DNA of 64,000 nt, from assembly GCA_965197305.1 (NCBI GenBank), contig CBDAMS010000013.1:1199121-1263120 (forward strand), given 5' to 3'. The notes beneath the pieces were generated by a model. That model did no database searches. It was not told where the DNA came from and saw only the letters and a list, made by a program, of their open reading frames with translations. This document shows positions 9,643 through 23,462 of this stretch, in pieces. The translations under genes were made by a program, and so were the position numbers. This DNA comes from Candidatus Acidiferrales bacterium. Lineage in GTDB: Bacteria > Acidobacteriota > Terriglobia > Acidiferrales > UBA7541. Within the stretch, counting starts at the first letter, position 1. Every line of letters begins with the position of its first letter.

Positions 9643-10896
9643 CTACCTCCTGCCGGCGGGAGCTAAGCGCTGTCGCGCTTCCTCCGCCTGAACTTTGGTC
9701 CTGGCTGCGACCCCGGAACCTGTACCCGGCACAGCACCGTGGCCCCTCCAACGACTCCAAGCTACGACCAGGGGTGCCGCAACTCCGAAACTGGAGTATG
9801 TTCCTATCAGAATTCCGACCACCAAGGAAAATGAAAAACTGCGCAGCACCTGTCCACCAATCAAGAAAAGTACCAGGACGGTTAGGAAGGTCAATCCGCT
9901 GGTCAGGATGGTTCGCGACAGCGTCTGATTGATGGATCGGTTCACGATGGCCACAAAGGGTTCGCGCCGCATGAGCCGCAGGTTCTCGCGGATCCGGTCG
10001 AAGATCACAATCGTGTCATTCATGGAATAGCCCACCAGCGCCAACAGCGCCGCAATCACCGTCAGCGAAATCTCGAAACCCAGCAGTGAAAATAGCCCCA
10101 GCGTAATCAGGACATCATGAAAGACGGCCAGGACAGCCGCAGCACCGTACACCCACTCGAACCGAAAGGCAACATAAATTAGCATGCCGCCCAAAGCATA
10201 CAGAGTCACCAGGACCGCCTGGCGACGCAGTTGGGCGCCCACCTTCGGCCCAACAATCTCCACATTGACGATGGCGAAGGGGGTTGCGTCAAAGGAGCCG
10301 CGCAATGCGGCGATCACTGCCGGTGTGACGCCGGCCTGACGCAGTTCGTCTAAATTCGCGACCACGCCGTGTGCTTGACGATCACGATAATCGATCAACT
10401 GCCTCGCCAGTTGCTGGTACCGATCGGCCGCGTTGACACCCAGTCCCAGCGGATCCTCACGCAGCAGTGTCTCGGCCACAGTCCTCGGCGCCGCCGCATT
10501 GAAATCCTGCTTGCCGCCTTCGTCGAGTCCCAGCGTCACGTTTAGAGCGTTCAGGATCTCGGTCTTCCCGGCATCGAGCGCTTCCTCGCCCTCCCCGCGC
10601 TGCTGCAAATAGATCAGAACTTCGTTCACGTTCGGATTGGCAATGTCGCTGGTCTGCTGAATCACACTGTCGCCCAACCCCTGTTGGGCCAATCCCCGGC
10701 GGATCTCATCGATCGGGGGCGTATTCGCGAAACGCACGTATACAAGTGTTCCGCCCTTGAAATCAATGCCGTACGCAAGACCGCCCTTTTGAACCCACGA
10801 GGCAGCCCCCACGAGCAGCAAGAGGAGAGACAAACCAAGGAAATACTTGGCTTTGCCCATCCAGTCGACATTTATGTTGTGGCGGAAAAACTCCAT
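9643..10896 (-). CDS. secF: protein translocase subunit SecF
   Basis: MEFFRHNINVDWMGKAKYF..., ...GYSMNDTIVIFDRIREN...; placed directly after secD. Confidence 0.9.
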   Translation of the reverse strand: MEFFRHNINVDWMGKAKYFLGLSLLLLLVGAASWVQKGGLAYGIDFKGGTLVYVRFANTPPIDEIRRGLAQQGLGDSVIQQTSDIANPNVNEVLIYLQQRGEGEEALDAGKTEILNALNVTLGLDEGGKQDFNAAAPRTVAETLLREDPLGLGVNAADRYQQLARQLIDYRDRQAHGVVANLDELRQAGVTPAVIAALRGSFDATPFAIVNVEIVGPKVGAQLRRQAVLVTLYALGGMLIYVAFRFEWVYGAAAVLAVFHDVLITLGLFSLLGFEISLTVIAALLALVGYSMNDTIVIFDRIRENLRLMRREPFVAIVNRSINQTLSRTILTSGLTFLTVLVLFLIGGQVLRSFSFSLVVGILIGTYSSFGVAAPLVVAWSRWRGHGAVPGTGSGVAARTKVQAEEARQRLAPAGRR

Positions 10897-10962
10897 ACTG
10901 TGTTCTCTATATCGAATTATACACCGTACAGCTCCCGTTTGTGCCCAACCTGCGCATTTCGC

Positions 10963-12576
10963 TCAGATGCTGAGCTGCGCCTGGCGCGGCATCCTGCCCA
11001 GGTGCCACTCGAAGATCACACGCGACACATAGATCGCCGTGAACAGGTTCGCCATCAGACCGAGCGTCAGCGTCACCGCGAAACCTCGAACTGGCCCGGT
11101 CCCGAAAAGAAACAGAAAAATCGCCGCCACCACGGTGGTCACGTGTGTATCCACAATCGTGAGGAGCGCGCGCTTGAAGCCAAGATCGACGGCTGAAACA
11201 GCAGCCTTGCCCGCGCGCAACTCTTCGCGAATACGCTCAAAGATCAAGACATTCGAATCCACACCCATGCCAATGGTCAGGATCACTCCGGCAATACCGG
11301 GCAGCGTCAGCACCGCGCCCAAATATGCCAGCGCCGCCAGCAAAATCACCAGGTTCAGAAGTAAAGCCACCACCGCGTTCACGCCCGACAGCCGATAATA
11401 AAACACCAGGAAGACCAGCACCGCGAACAAACTTATCATCGAGGCCCGAAATCCTTGACGGATCGAATCGGCGCCTAGAGACGGCCCCACCGTTCGCTCT
11501 TCCAAGTAATTGATTGAGGCCGGGAGGCCCCCCGCTTCCAACACCAGCGCCAGGTCAGCGGATTCCTGCTGGCCGAACTGGCCGGTAATGCGCCCGGAAT
11601 CCTCAATCCGACTCTGAATGACAGGAGCTGACTTGACCGTGTCGTCTAGCACGATGGCCATCGGACGGCCGATGTTTTGCTCCGTGAAGGGACCAAAGCG
11701 ACGGGCAGCCTCAATCGACAGCGTGAAAGCCACTTCATAGGCACCGGGGGCATCCGTGCTGGGCAAAGCCGTGGCGCTGCGCAGGTCGCGACCGGTAATG
11801 ATCGGTATACGATCCACCAAGTACACGCCTCTTTGACCTGCTGCGTCCGTAGTATTCGTCGCAATCAGTTCGGTCCCCGGCGGCAGCACGCCTCCGTGCA
11901 CGGCAAGCGCAGCGACCTCAGATGGGTAGACGGTTGTATCCGTGACCCTCCGCAACTCCAGTTGGCCACCGACCTGAATCACAGCCTTGGCTCGGGTTGG
12001 GTCACCCTCACCGGGCAGCTCCACAATGATCTGGTTATCGCCCCGACCATAGGCCGCAACGTACGGCTCCGTAAGCCCGAGTGCATCAATCCGCCGTCGG
12101 ATCGTGTCCTCCGTCTGCAACAGGGCCTGCTGCTGAATGGCAGCAACTGTGGAAGGTCTCATCCTGAGCACCCAGCCGGATGCTTCGCCTGGAGCTGGCG
12201 CAATGCTCCATTCGGGGAAATTTATGGCCACCAAGTCTCGGAAAGTAGCTGTGGATTCCACCGGGAGGTTGCGGACCAGAATCTGCGTATCACTCAACTT
12301 GCGAATTTCGTCGTACCGAACGGCCTGATCGCGGAGTTGCGTTCCAAGCCGGTCCACCGTCCGGTCGCTCTGCAGGCTTACGGCCTCGTTCACCTGCACC
12401 TGCAAAACAAGGTGCGTTCCGCCTTGCAAGTCCAGACCGAGCTTGATGCGTTGGGCAAAATTATCACGAAGCTGTGCCGCGGAAGTCGGCAATCCAGGCA
12501 AACCAAACAGACCGTACAAGCACAATAGAACGACAAGGACGATAAAAAGGGCCTTCCACTTGAGAGCTGGAATCAT
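10963..12576 (-). CDS. secD: protein translocase subunit SecD
   Basis: 537 aa. LGLDLQGGTHLVLQV..., ...GMGVDSNVLIFERIREE... are SecD hallmarks. Confidence 0.9.
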   Translation of the reverse strand: MIPALKWKALFIVLVVLLCLYGLFGLPGLPTSAAQLRDNFAQRIKLGLDLQGGTHLVLQVQVNEAVSLQSDRTVDRLGTQLRDQAVRYDEIRKLSDTQILVRNLPVESTATFRDLVAINFPEWSIAPAPGEASGWVLRMRPSTVAAIQQQALLQTEDTIRRRIDALGLTEPYVAAYGRGDNQIIVELPGEGDPTRAKAVIQVGGQLELRRVTDTTVYPSEVAALAVHGGVLPPGTELIATNTTDAAGQRGVYLVDRIPIITGRDLRSATALPSTDAPGAYEVAFTLSIEAARRFGPFTEQNIGRPMAIVLDDTVKSAPVIQSRIEDSGRITGQFGQQESADLALVLEAGGLPASINYLEERTVGPSLGADSIRQGFRASMISLFAVLVFLVFYYRLSGVNAVVALLLNLVILLAALAYLGAVLTLPGIAGVILTIGMGVDSNVLIFERIREELRAGKAAVSAVDLGFKRALLTIVDTHVTTVVAAIFLFLFGTGPVRGFAVTLTLGLMANLFTAIYVSRVIFEWHLGRMPRQAQLSI

Positions 12577-12649
12577 AGATCTGCGTTCTAGTGTGCCCCA
12601 CGAAGCCGGGAAAGGCCCGGCATCAATTATACATACAGATTATACCGCT

Positions 12650-12973
12650 TTACTCCTCTTTGGTTTCCGATTGCACGCTGGCGATGGCCGAGCGCGCCAC
12701 CTTAACCTTGACTTGGTCTGCCACGCGCAATTGCACTGCCTCACCATCCAATCCGAGGATGGTGCCGTATAGCCCGCCGGTCGTCACTACCTTGTCGCCA
12801 GTCTTAAGAGCGCTCAACATGGCCTGAGTCTTCTTCTGGCGGCGTTGCGCAGGGAGAATCAGAAGCACGTAGAAAATAACCATGATGAGGACCAGGGGCA
12901 TGAACGAAATCAGCCCGCCCCCCGTTTCACCTTGGGCGAAAAATACCGTGGTGGCGATGATACACAGATTCAC
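12650..12973 (-). CDS. yajC: preprotein translocase subunit YajC
   Basis: 107 aa with one TM segment, then ...LLILPAQRRQKKTQAMLSALKTGDKVVTTGGLYGTI... (YajC signature). GTG start. Same order as E. coli tgt-yajC-secD-secF. Confidence 0.8.
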   Translation of the reverse strand: MNLCIIATTVFFAQGETGGGLISFMPLVLIMVIFYVLLILPAQRRQKKTQAMLSALKTGDKVVTTGGLYGTILGLDGEAVQLRVADQVKVKVARSAIASVQSETKEE

Positions 12974-13109
12974 GCGCGACCCTCCCTAAAAATTCCGTGT
13001 CTCATGTCCGAGCTACCCGGAGAAACAAAACCCTGCCTGACTCGCTGGCAGGGAATTACTCCCTTTCCCGCTTTCTTACCGCTCTGAAATTTCCTCCGGA
13101 CCGAAACTG

Positions 13110-14291
<1,182 letters not shown>

Positions 14292-14478
14292 CTATTTCCC
14301 GGCGCGAATCAGGCTCCCAAAGGGGCATTCGCTAGGTATCACTCTCTCAACCGCTTGTGGGCGACGCCAACATCGGGGCGTGCGCGAGCGCTCTCTGCTC
14401 TGCCGGCGCGAGAGACTGCCACGTGGGTACGGCTCGCACAGCTTCAGTCGGGAGCAACCCGAGACACTGCAGGAGTGG

Positions 14479-16203
<1,725 letters not shown>

Positions 16204-16499
16204 AGCCAAAGAACGAGTCCTCCGCGCCTCGGTAGCGACGCTACACCGTACTTAGGATTCGTAACTTGGAAACAGAGATTTGGGCGGAGTTTGCCCGCAT
16301 GAACGCCCGCAAAAACGAAAAAAGAACAATGTGAGGTAGCCGCACGGCCTCGCTACTTTTGATATTGCAGATCAGTCTGCCCCCGTCGCCCCCCCGGGGT
16401 TCACACCATACCCGGCAAATCCACCGCCAAACTGTATCAAGCTACATGGCCACAGGGAACGGCGTCAAATGGATTATGACGGACGAGTCCCCTCGAACC

Positions 16500-18269
16500 C
16501 TAACCCGGCAGCTCCGCCAGCCGGCGGCGCAACTCCTGTTTGCGAATGAGCAGCCGCCGCAATTCTTCGCTCGCACCTGAGTTTCCCGCCGGCTGCTCTT
16601 CAATCTCAAGTTGCACGCTGGCCAGCTCCTCCTCCGCTTTCCGGCGGCGTAACACGCTCAGGCAGCTTTCGGCCTCGTCCCAATGGGCCTCGGGTGAACC
16701 CTCAAATGCAATCTCGTAAAACAGCTGGCGATTTCTTTCGTCCAATTCCTGAGCCAAAACGGCCATGTCGGCATGATGTCCCGCAGCGCAAGCCTCCACC
16801 AGCGCGACAAGGATTTTCTCCGTCTCCAACCCGCGGTAGAGTTCGCCAGCGCGGAGTTCCTCTGCCAGCCGGGTGCGGATTTCGTCCGCTTCCAACAGCA
16901 TCTGCACCAGCCGGCGCTCGGCAGGTTTGCCTGGACGGCCCCCCAGTGCCGGTTGTGTCTTGACTTCGCTGCGGCGCTCGGCTGCGGCGCGGCGCAGCGC
17001 CTCGCGGAACACCGGCTCCTCCACGCGCAACTGCTGCGCAATCCGCGAAGCCCACTCCGAACGCAGCAATCCGTTGGGGATGCGCTGCACGAAAGGGAGC
17101 AGCAAATTCACGGCGCGCAGCTTCTCTTCAGCGGACGCCATGCCCAACGGACGCGCGCGACCGATGAGATAATCGAGATAAGACGGGGCTGCGGCGAGAA
17201 GCTTACGATAGGTCTCGGCGCCCTCGTCGCGGATGAAAGCGTCCGGATCCTTGCGCGCGGGCAGGGCCAGTACACGGACGTCACTGTTCTGTTCGAGCAA
17301 AATCGCAAGCGAGCGCTCGGTCGCCGCCTGACCCGCTGTATCCGGATCATAATTGACGATCACGCGCCGCGTGAAGCGGCTAAGTAACTTGACTTGCGTC
17401 TCTGTGAGGCTCGTGCCGCAACTAGCGACCACGTTGCCGATCCCCGCGCGCACCACGGCGATCGTATCCATGTAGCCTTCGACCAGGACCACGGCATCGG
17501 TTTGCCGGATGGCTTCCTTAGCGCGATCTAGATTGTAAAGAACATGGCTCTTCGTGTAGATCAGCGTTTCGGGCGAGTTCAAGTATTTTGGCAGGTCATC
17601 ACCCAGCGCCCGCCCTCCAAACGCGATCACTTTTCCCGATTCGCTCCGAATCGGGAACACGATGCGGCGCCGGAAACGGTCATACAGCCGCCCGCCGGGA
17701 TCGCGGCCCACCAGGCCCGAAGATTGCAGCAACTTGTCCGGATATTTCGCCTTTAGATGGCGCAGCAGCGCATCCCCGGACGAAGGCGCATAGCCCAAGC
17801 CGAACCGGGCGATCGCCTCGTCGTCCATGCTGCGATCCGCCAGATACGCTCGCGCGGCTTTCCCTTCGAACGTGCTTCCCAGTTGCCGGGCGAAGAAGGC
17901 CGACGCTTCGCGATGCATCTCGACCAGTGCCGTGCGTTGTTGCAGCTCGCGTCGCTCTTCCGGAGAGCGTTCACGCGACTGCGGCACGGCGATGCCGCAT
18001 TTCTCGGCCACGGCGCGCACCGCTTCGGGGAACTCGCATTTGTCCATCTCCATGACGAACTTATAGATGTCGCCGCCGGTGCCGCAACCGAAGCAGTGAT
18101 AGATCTGCTTGACCGGATGCACGGCAAACGAAGGCGTCTTTTCGGAGTGGAACGGGCACAGGCCGGTGAAGTTCTGCCCGCTCTTTTTCAGGCGTACATA
18201 TTCGCCAATGACGCGGACGATGTCCGCCCGCTGCTTCACGCGATCAGCGAATGACCCGGCTTCCGCCAT
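16500..18269 (-). CDS. dnaG: DNA primase DnaG
   Basis: Zn-ribbon CPFHSEKTPSFAVHPVKQIYHCFGCG and TOPRIM (VLVEGYMD...). Lies upstream of rpoD, as in the macromolecular-synthesis operon. Confidence 0.95.
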   Translation of the reverse strand: MAEAGSFADRVKQRADIVRVIGEYVRLKKSGQNFTGLCPFHSEKTPSFAVHPVKQIYHCFGCGTGGDIYKFVMEMDKCEFPEAVRAVAEKCGIAVPQSRERSPEERRELQQRTALVEMHREASAFFARQLGSTFEGKAARAYLADRSMDDEAIARFGLGYAPSSGDALLRHLKAKYPDKLLQSSGLVGRDPGGRLYDRFRRRIVFPIRSESGKVIAFGGRALGDDLPKYLNSPETLIYTKSHVLYNLDRAKEAIRQTDAVVLVEGYMDTIAVVRAGIGNVVASCGTSLTETQVKLLSRFTRRVIVNYDPDTAGQAATERSLAILLEQNSDVRVLALPARKDPDAFIRDEGAETYRKLLAAAPSYLDYLIGRARPLGMASAEEKLRAVNLLLPFVQRIPNGLLRSEWASRIAQQLRVEEPVFREALRRAAAERRSEVKTQPALGGRPGKPAERRLVQMLLEADEIRTRLAEELRAGELYRGLETEKILVALVEACAAGHHADMAVLAQELDERNRQLFYEIAFEGSPEAHWDEAESCLSVLRRRKAEEELASVQLEIEEQPAGNSGASEELRRLLIRKQELRRRLAELPG

Positions 18270-18420
18270 GGAGTTTAAGTCCTCAAGATCTCGACAGTCT
18301 TCTAGACGCGCTCTCGCTGTTCAAGGGCTAGCCTTACATTGTCGGAGCAGCAGGGAAGATATTCAATTCCTTGCGACATTTCGCGAACCATATCACGGAA
18401 ACCAGAAATCTCGATCCATC

Positions 18421-18450
18421 CGTACTTGTGCGGGCCGTACTTGTGCGGGC
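18421..18450. repeat. perfect tandem duplication, 2 x 15 bp (CGTACTTGTGCGGGC)
   Basis: Read directly in the mutS2/dnaG intergenic region, upstream of dnaG. Confidence 0.9.
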
Positions 18451-18553
18451 GCGTCCAGCAAAGTATTTTGCAGCGGTCTGCCGGTCTTCAACTGCATTCT
18501 CCAGTCCGTCCAACCGAAAGGTAAGGCGTGTCCATGCGATGGATCCACACATG

Positions 18554-20998
18554 CTAGGACTTCAATTCCACGATGGTGACGGCGGTGCCGCCGCGCTTTT
18601 CAGCCTCCGCGTGGATGCACTCCACCAGTGGGTGGCTGGCAAAAAAATCCGCGAGGCCACGGCGCAGCGCCCCAGTCCCGTGGCCATGGATTACGCGCAC
18701 CTGCGGTTTCCCTGCCAGCGCCGCTGTATCAAGGAACTTGTCCACCCGCCGCGTCGCTTCCTCCACCGTGCAGCCGATCACGTTGATTTCGTCGGCCTGG
18801 CCCGATTCCGCGGCAGGCGCGGCGTGTACGGTAACGCTGCCCGAAGCGGCGCGGACCGCCGGCTGGCCGGTCTTTTTGGGCTCGTCGGCCACGATGGCCG
18901 TGATTTCCGCGAGCGGCACCTTCATGCGCAGCGGTCCGGCCTCGACCTCGGCACTGGAATCATCGCGCCGCCGCAGCACCAGAGTCGCGGGAAACCCGCG
19001 GATGCGCACGCGAACACCAGGGACGAGCTCAGCCGGGGAAGGAGGCCGTTGCAGGTCCGCGACTGTGCCTAGGTCGGGTTGGGATTCCGAAAGATGCGCG
19101 ACCACGGCGGCATCTACTTCGTCGCGGGCCTCTGCCCGCGCTTTCCCAACCTGGCGGCGCGATTGCTTCTCGAGCCGTGCGCGCAGTTCGCTCTCGCGGA
19201 CCGCTTCGAGCACCCGCGCCATTTCCCGTTCGTGCTTCGCCAGCGCGCCGGCAAACTGCTTCTCAAGTTCGGCGATACGCTTTCGCTGCCGCTCCACCCA
19301 TTCCTCGCGCAGCGCGCGCCGTTCCCGGTCGAGACGTTGCAACTGCTCAGCCGCTTCGCGCTGCATCTGTTCGAGTGCATCGCGGCTGCGGTGCAGGTAG
19401 GCGATCAAATCGGCGGCCTCGCGCGTTTCCGGAGCCATGAGCGCCCTGGCGCGCTCGACAATCCCTGCGAAAAGCCCCAGGCGCTGGGCAATCGCGATGC
19501 CGCTCGAACCGCCAGGCACGCCCACGCGCAACCTGTAGGTGGGCGCGAGGCGCACCTCGTCGAATTCGACGGCGGCATTCACCACCCCGGGCGTCGTCGA
19601 AGCGTAGACCTTCAGCCGGTCGTGGTGCGTAGTGCCCAGCACTAGGCAGCGGCGCGCGCGGAATTCATCCAGCAAGGCGACCGCCAGCGCCGCTCCTTCC
19701 TCCGGCGCCGTGCCCGTGCCCATTTCGTCCACCAGCACCAGCGAGCGCGCAGTGAGCGAGGTCAGCATGGACTTCAGATTGAGCATGTGGGCCGAGAACG
19801 TGGAGAGGTCGGCCACGATGGACTGCTCATCGCCGATGTCCGCAAGCACGCGATCAAACACACCCAAGCGCGCCGATTGCGCCGCGACGGGAATGCCCGA
19901 CTGGGCCGCGAGCACCGCCAGGCCGACGGTCTTGAGCGCGACGGTCTTGCCTCCGGTGTTGGGCCCGCTGATGACCAGCACGGTCTCGTCGCCGCCGAGC
20001 GAAAGCGTGAGTGGCACGACCGTGCGGCCCTGCGGCCGCAACGTATTCTCCAGCACCGGATGGCGGGCGGCTTCGAGTGAGAGGGCCACCCCATCGCTGA
20101 AAACCGGCACGCAAGCGTCGAACTCGTGCGCGAAGCGCGCCCGGGCAAACAGCGAGTCGAACCCCGCGATGGTCATGGCGGCGTGAGAGAGTGGCGCCTG
20201 TTCCGTGGCAAGGCGTTGGGTCAGCTCCTCCAGGATGCGTGCGATTTCCGCGGCTTCTTTCTCCTGAAGCTGCACCAGGCGATTGTTCCCCTCGATGGTT
20301 TCGAGAGGCTCGACGAAGACCGTCTGGCCCGTTGCGCTAGCGGCATGGACGACGCCTTGGACCGCGCGCTGCTCGGAGGTGCGCACGGGGATAACGAATC
20401 GATCGTTGCGCCGCGTAATGTAGTCCTCCCCGTGCGACTCGCTCCGGGCGCGACCCCGGCCATGAAGAATGCGCTCAAGAGTTTTCTGAATCGTCTCCCG
20501 AGTGCGCGCGATGCCGCCGCGGATGCGGCGCAGTTCGGGCGAGGCTTCATCGCTGACCTCGCCATTCGGCAGGATGGCGCGCCGAATGGCGGCCGCCAGC
20601 GGACGAAAATCACCCAGAGAGCCTGCCCGTCCGGCGAGCAGGGGGAATTTGCCGGCCGTGTCGTGCTCCGTTTCGCAAAAACTTTCGCGCAACCATGCGA
20701 CCGTATCGAACAGCGACACAGCATCCAGTAGCTCCCGTGGTGCCAGCACAGTACCGGGAAGCACCAACCGCCCCAGCCAGAGTTCCGGGTCCGCCAGGGC
20801 GCCAAAACCCAGATCGTGGCCCGTGCGAAGATAGGCGATGGCCTCGGTTACCTCCGAGAACTCTCGTTCGAACCAAGCTCGGTCGGATCGAAACCCCAGC
20901 GAATCCACCGCGCGGAGGCCCGGCGCGGATGTGGTACGGCTGCGCAGCAAATCACGCAACCGGTCAAATTCAAGGAGTTCTTCGGTGGGGCGCGACAC
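18554..20998 (-). CDS. mutS2: endonuclease MutS2 (MutS ATPase + C-terminal Smr domain)
   Basis: 814 aa. Walker A GPNTGGKT, ...DEMGTGT..., a long coiled-coil, and a C-terminal Smr domain (VIHGHGTGALRRGLADFF). GTG start. Confidence 0.9.
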   Translation of the reverse strand: MSRPTEELLEFDRLRDLLRSRTTSAPGLRAVDSLGFRSDRAWFEREFSEVTEAIAYLRTGHDLGFGALADPELWLGRLVLPGTVLAPRELLDAVSLFDTVAWLRESFCETEHDTAGKFPLLAGRAGSLGDFRPLAAAIRRAILPNGEVSDEASPELRRIRGGIARTRETIQKTLERILHGRGRARSESHGEDYITRRNDRFVIPVRTSEQRAVQGVVHAASATGQTVFVEPLETIEGNNRLVQLQEKEAAEIARILEELTQRLATEQAPLSHAAMTIAGFDSLFARARFAHEFDACVPVFSDGVALSLEAARHPVLENTLRPQGRTVVPLTLSLGGDETVLVISGPNTGGKTVALKTVGLAVLAAQSGIPVAAQSARLGVFDRVLADIGDEQSIVADLSTFSAHMLNLKSMLTSLTARSLVLVDEMGTGTAPEEGAALAVALLDEFRARRCLVLGTTHHDRLKVYASTTPGVVNAAVEFDEVRLAPTYRLRVGVPGGSSGIAIAQRLGLFAGIVERARALMAPETREAADLIAYLHRSRDALEQMQREAAEQLQRLDRERRALREEWVERQRKRIAELEKQFAGALAKHEREMARVLEAVRESELRARLEKQSRRQVGKARAEARDEVDAAVVAHLSESQPDLGTVADLQRPPSPAELVPGVRVRIRGFPATLVLRRRDDSSAEVEAGPLRMKVPLAEITAIVADEPKKTGQPAVRAASGSVTVHAAPAAESGQADEINVIGCTVEEATRRVDKFLDTAALAGKPQVRVIHGHGTGALRRGLADFFASHPLVECIHAEAEKRGGTAVTIVELKS

Positions 20999-21010
20999 AG
21001 TCGGGAAACC

Positions 21011-21631
21011 TCAGCGGGGCCAGGGCCCTGCCAGTGCTCCTGCAAGAAACTCGGCAGCATCGAACGGGGTCGGCGCGTGATGTATGAGGCGCACTTTGGC
21101 TTCACTCCAGGGCGAGTGGTGATCAAATTCAACCTGGCGCACGCGATCCAGGATGGGGACCCAGAAGTCGCCCAACACGACGAATGGCCTCGCAGTAAGG
21201 AAACCTTTGTTCAACATCTCCCAAACTACGGCCAGTTCCGCCAGCGTGCCCGTGCCGCCTTTGCAGGCCACGTAGCCGTGGGCGCAGCGAATCAGCTCGA
21301 ACAGCCGCTCCTCCCAGGTGCCGACGCTGCGCTCCTCATCCGCCCAGGCGTTGGCCCGCGAGTGGAAAACGGCAGCAGTGACCGCCAAGGTGCGACCGTT
21401 GACTTCTTTTGCGCCGCGCGACGCCGCTTCCATCACGCCGCCGTATCCGCCGCTGCACACCACGAAACCGCGATCCGCAAGCGCGCAGCCGAGCGAGCGC
21501 GCCTCATCGTAGTCGGGCTCTCCCGGCTTGGGGCGAGAGCTGCCAAATACCGCGATGGTCCTATTCTGATCGGGCACGCCGAAAGGTATTGTACCGGGAG
21601 ATGCCCGGCACCGCTTGTCTTCGGGTCCCAT
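21011..21631 (-). CDS. LOG-family / TIGR00730-type Rossmann-fold nucleotide-binding protein
   Basis: IAVFGSSR...ARSLGCALADRGFVVCSGGYGGVMEAASRGA... and ...KGGTGTLAEL... match the LOG family (PGGxGTxxE-type motif). Confidence 0.75.
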   Translation of the reverse strand: MGPEDKRCRASPGTIPFGVPDQNRTIAVFGSSRPKPGEPDYDEARSLGCALADRGFVVCSGGYGGVMEAASRGAKEVNGRTLAVTAAVFHSRANAWADEERSVGTWEERLFELIRCAHGYVACKGGTGTLAELAVVWEMLNKGFLTARPFVVLGDFWVPILDRVRQVEFDHHSPWSEAKVRLIHHAPTPFDAAEFLAGALAGPWPR

Positions 21632-21634
21632 GCT

Positions 21635-23293
21635 CTATGGCAAGGACCGATTTTCCGGGGAGATTGGCGGCGTGGCAGGCGCGGGGCCCAACTCCTCCAC
21701 CATGGCCACACAGATGGCATCCATGGTGGCGTTGGCGCTCCGGCTGCCCGTGCCGTTATTGTTGCTGAACATGGAGAAAATCAGGCGCGCCTCGCGCAGC
21801 GAAGTCGCATAACCGGAAAGCGCCCCCGCGTGATCGACCAGTCCCGTCTTGGCCTGCACGCGGCCGGCTGCAGCCGTGCCTTTCATGCGGCTTTCGAGAG
21901 TGCCGTCTTCTCCTGCCACCGGCAATGTCGCGCGGAAGTCGGCGCCCCAAGCCTGCCCGGCCGCCCATGCCAGCCATTGTACGACCGCCTGCGGGGTTAC
22001 CAGATTGTTTCGCGAAAGACCGGAACCGTCCGTGAGCAGCACATCGGCGGGCTCGAGGCCAACACTCTGGCGGAATTGCTCCGCGAATTCCAACGCATCG
22101 TCGGGAGTCAGCGCTCCAGCCTTTTCCCTGGCAGCTACGCGCAACATGAGCTCCGCGTGCAGATTCAAGCTGATCTTGTTCGTCAGCCGCACGTCTTCAA
22201 GCAACGGAGGCGAGACGTTCTCGGCCAACACCAGCGCCTCGCTGTCTCCGGGAGCGGGCGCAAGCGCGGTTTCGCCGGAATGCCGTGCGCGGCTGCGGCC
22301 TTCGATGCGCACGCCGCCCGCTTCGAGGAGCCGCGCCAGCAGCGCAGCGGCATGTTCGGCCGGCTCCTGGACGGCAACCACCAGCGGGCGCGGCGGCGCG
22401 TCCAGCGGAAGAGTACCGCGCAAGTAAAAAACGCGCGACTCTGGTTCGCGCGAAAGCTCCAGCTGCGCCTCCGACCCCGCGGCGCTGGTCACGGCCTGGG
22501 TGCGTACCTCATAGAGACCGGACCACGGCTCGAGCGAGACACGTAGCGGCGCGCCCACCGCCGGACCGGGCCGCACCTCCAAAGTCACTGTGTTGTCGTT
22601 CACCGCGATAGCCGACACAGCCGCGCCGTAGCCCCAAACCGTATCGTCCACCGTCCAACCCGACGGGAACCTGCCCCGCTCGAAGTAGCTGTCGTCCGCG
22701 ACAATGTCTCCCTCGATCTGCTTCACGCCTTGCGCGACCACTTGGTCGGCCAGCTCGGCCAGGATTTTCTCCGGTGGTCCGTCGCGCTCAACTTCTTTCA
22801 CATAGGGTTTCACATAGGGGAACACGCGATTCGACAGATTCGCGTTGCCCGCCCCCAAGAGCACGAGGTTGCCACGCAGACGGCCCGATTCCAGAGCGCC
22901 CATGCCCAGAACTCTGGTGTACATGCGGAAATCCGCACCTAGAGTGGCCAGAGCCATAGCCGTGGTAAAAAGTTTGGCATTTGAACCCGGCACAAAGTGT
23001 CGAGCCGGGTTGTGCACGTAGAGAATTTCACCTGTCCCGGCGTCGGCAACGAGCACACCCCAAAAACTCCGCTCATTCTCAGGCTCCGCGAGTATGGCGT
23101 CGACGCGCTGCCGAAATCTGGCGACATCCTCCCGCTCCGTCCCAGGCACGCCAGATGGATGTTCCGCGGACACACCGGGCGTTGGAACGGGTCGCGAAGC
23201 TTCCCCGCCGGGCTCTTGCGCCCTCGCAGCCCATGCAACGGCGATAAGCGCGAGCAGTAAAAGAGCGTGCCGGCCATTTGGCCACTGTCTCAT
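21635..23293 (-). CDS. dacB: D-alanyl-D-alanine carboxypeptidase/endopeptidase (PBP4, peptidase S13)
   Basis: Signal peptide, an SxxK motif in the context FVPGSNAKLFTTAMAL, and a C-terminal KTG motif (VQAKTGLVDH). Confidence 0.8.
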   Translation of the reverse strand: MRQWPNGRHALLLLALIAVAWAARAQEPGGEASRPVPTPGVSAEHPSGVPGTEREDVARFRQRVDAILAEPENERSFWGVLVADAGTGEILYVHNPARHFVPGSNAKLFTTAMALATLGADFRMYTRVLGMGALESGRLRGNLVLLGAGNANLSNRVFPYVKPYVKEVERDGPPEKILAELADQVVAQGVKQIEGDIVADDSYFERGRFPSGWTVDDTVWGYGAAVSAIAVNDNTVTLEVRPGPAVGAPLRVSLEPWSGLYEVRTQAVTSAAGSEAQLELSREPESRVFYLRGTLPLDAPPRPLVVAVQEPAEHAAALLARLLEAGGVRIEGRSRARHSGETALAPAPGDSEALVLAENVSPPLLEDVRLTNKISLNLHAELMLRVAAREKAGALTPDDALEFAEQFRQSVGLEPADVLLTDGSGLSRNNLVTPQAVVQWLAWAAGQAWGADFRATLPVAGEDGTLESRMKGTAAAGRVQAKTGLVDHAGALSGYATSLREARLIFSMFSNNNGTGSRSANATMDAICVAMVEELGPAPATPPISPENRSLP

Positions 23294-23462
23294 GGAGGTT
23301 GCTCCTTCTGCCGCACGGTCCTGGAATTATAGAGTATAGCGCCTCATAAATGTGCGCCACGGTTGCCCACATACCAATCGCGCGTTTGTCACAAACGGTG
23401 ATTGCGCGACCTCGCAAGACCACCTATCATGAGTCACGTACTCCAGCCCCAGGAGGAAGAGG

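Noticed and set aside
16210-16499. Possible dnaG terminator or rpoD leader structure (GTAGC...GCTAC followed by a T-rich run on the minus strand, near 16330-16370).
   Set aside because: The stem is only 5 bp, with a large loop and an 8-nt gap before the T-tract. It is too weak to call.
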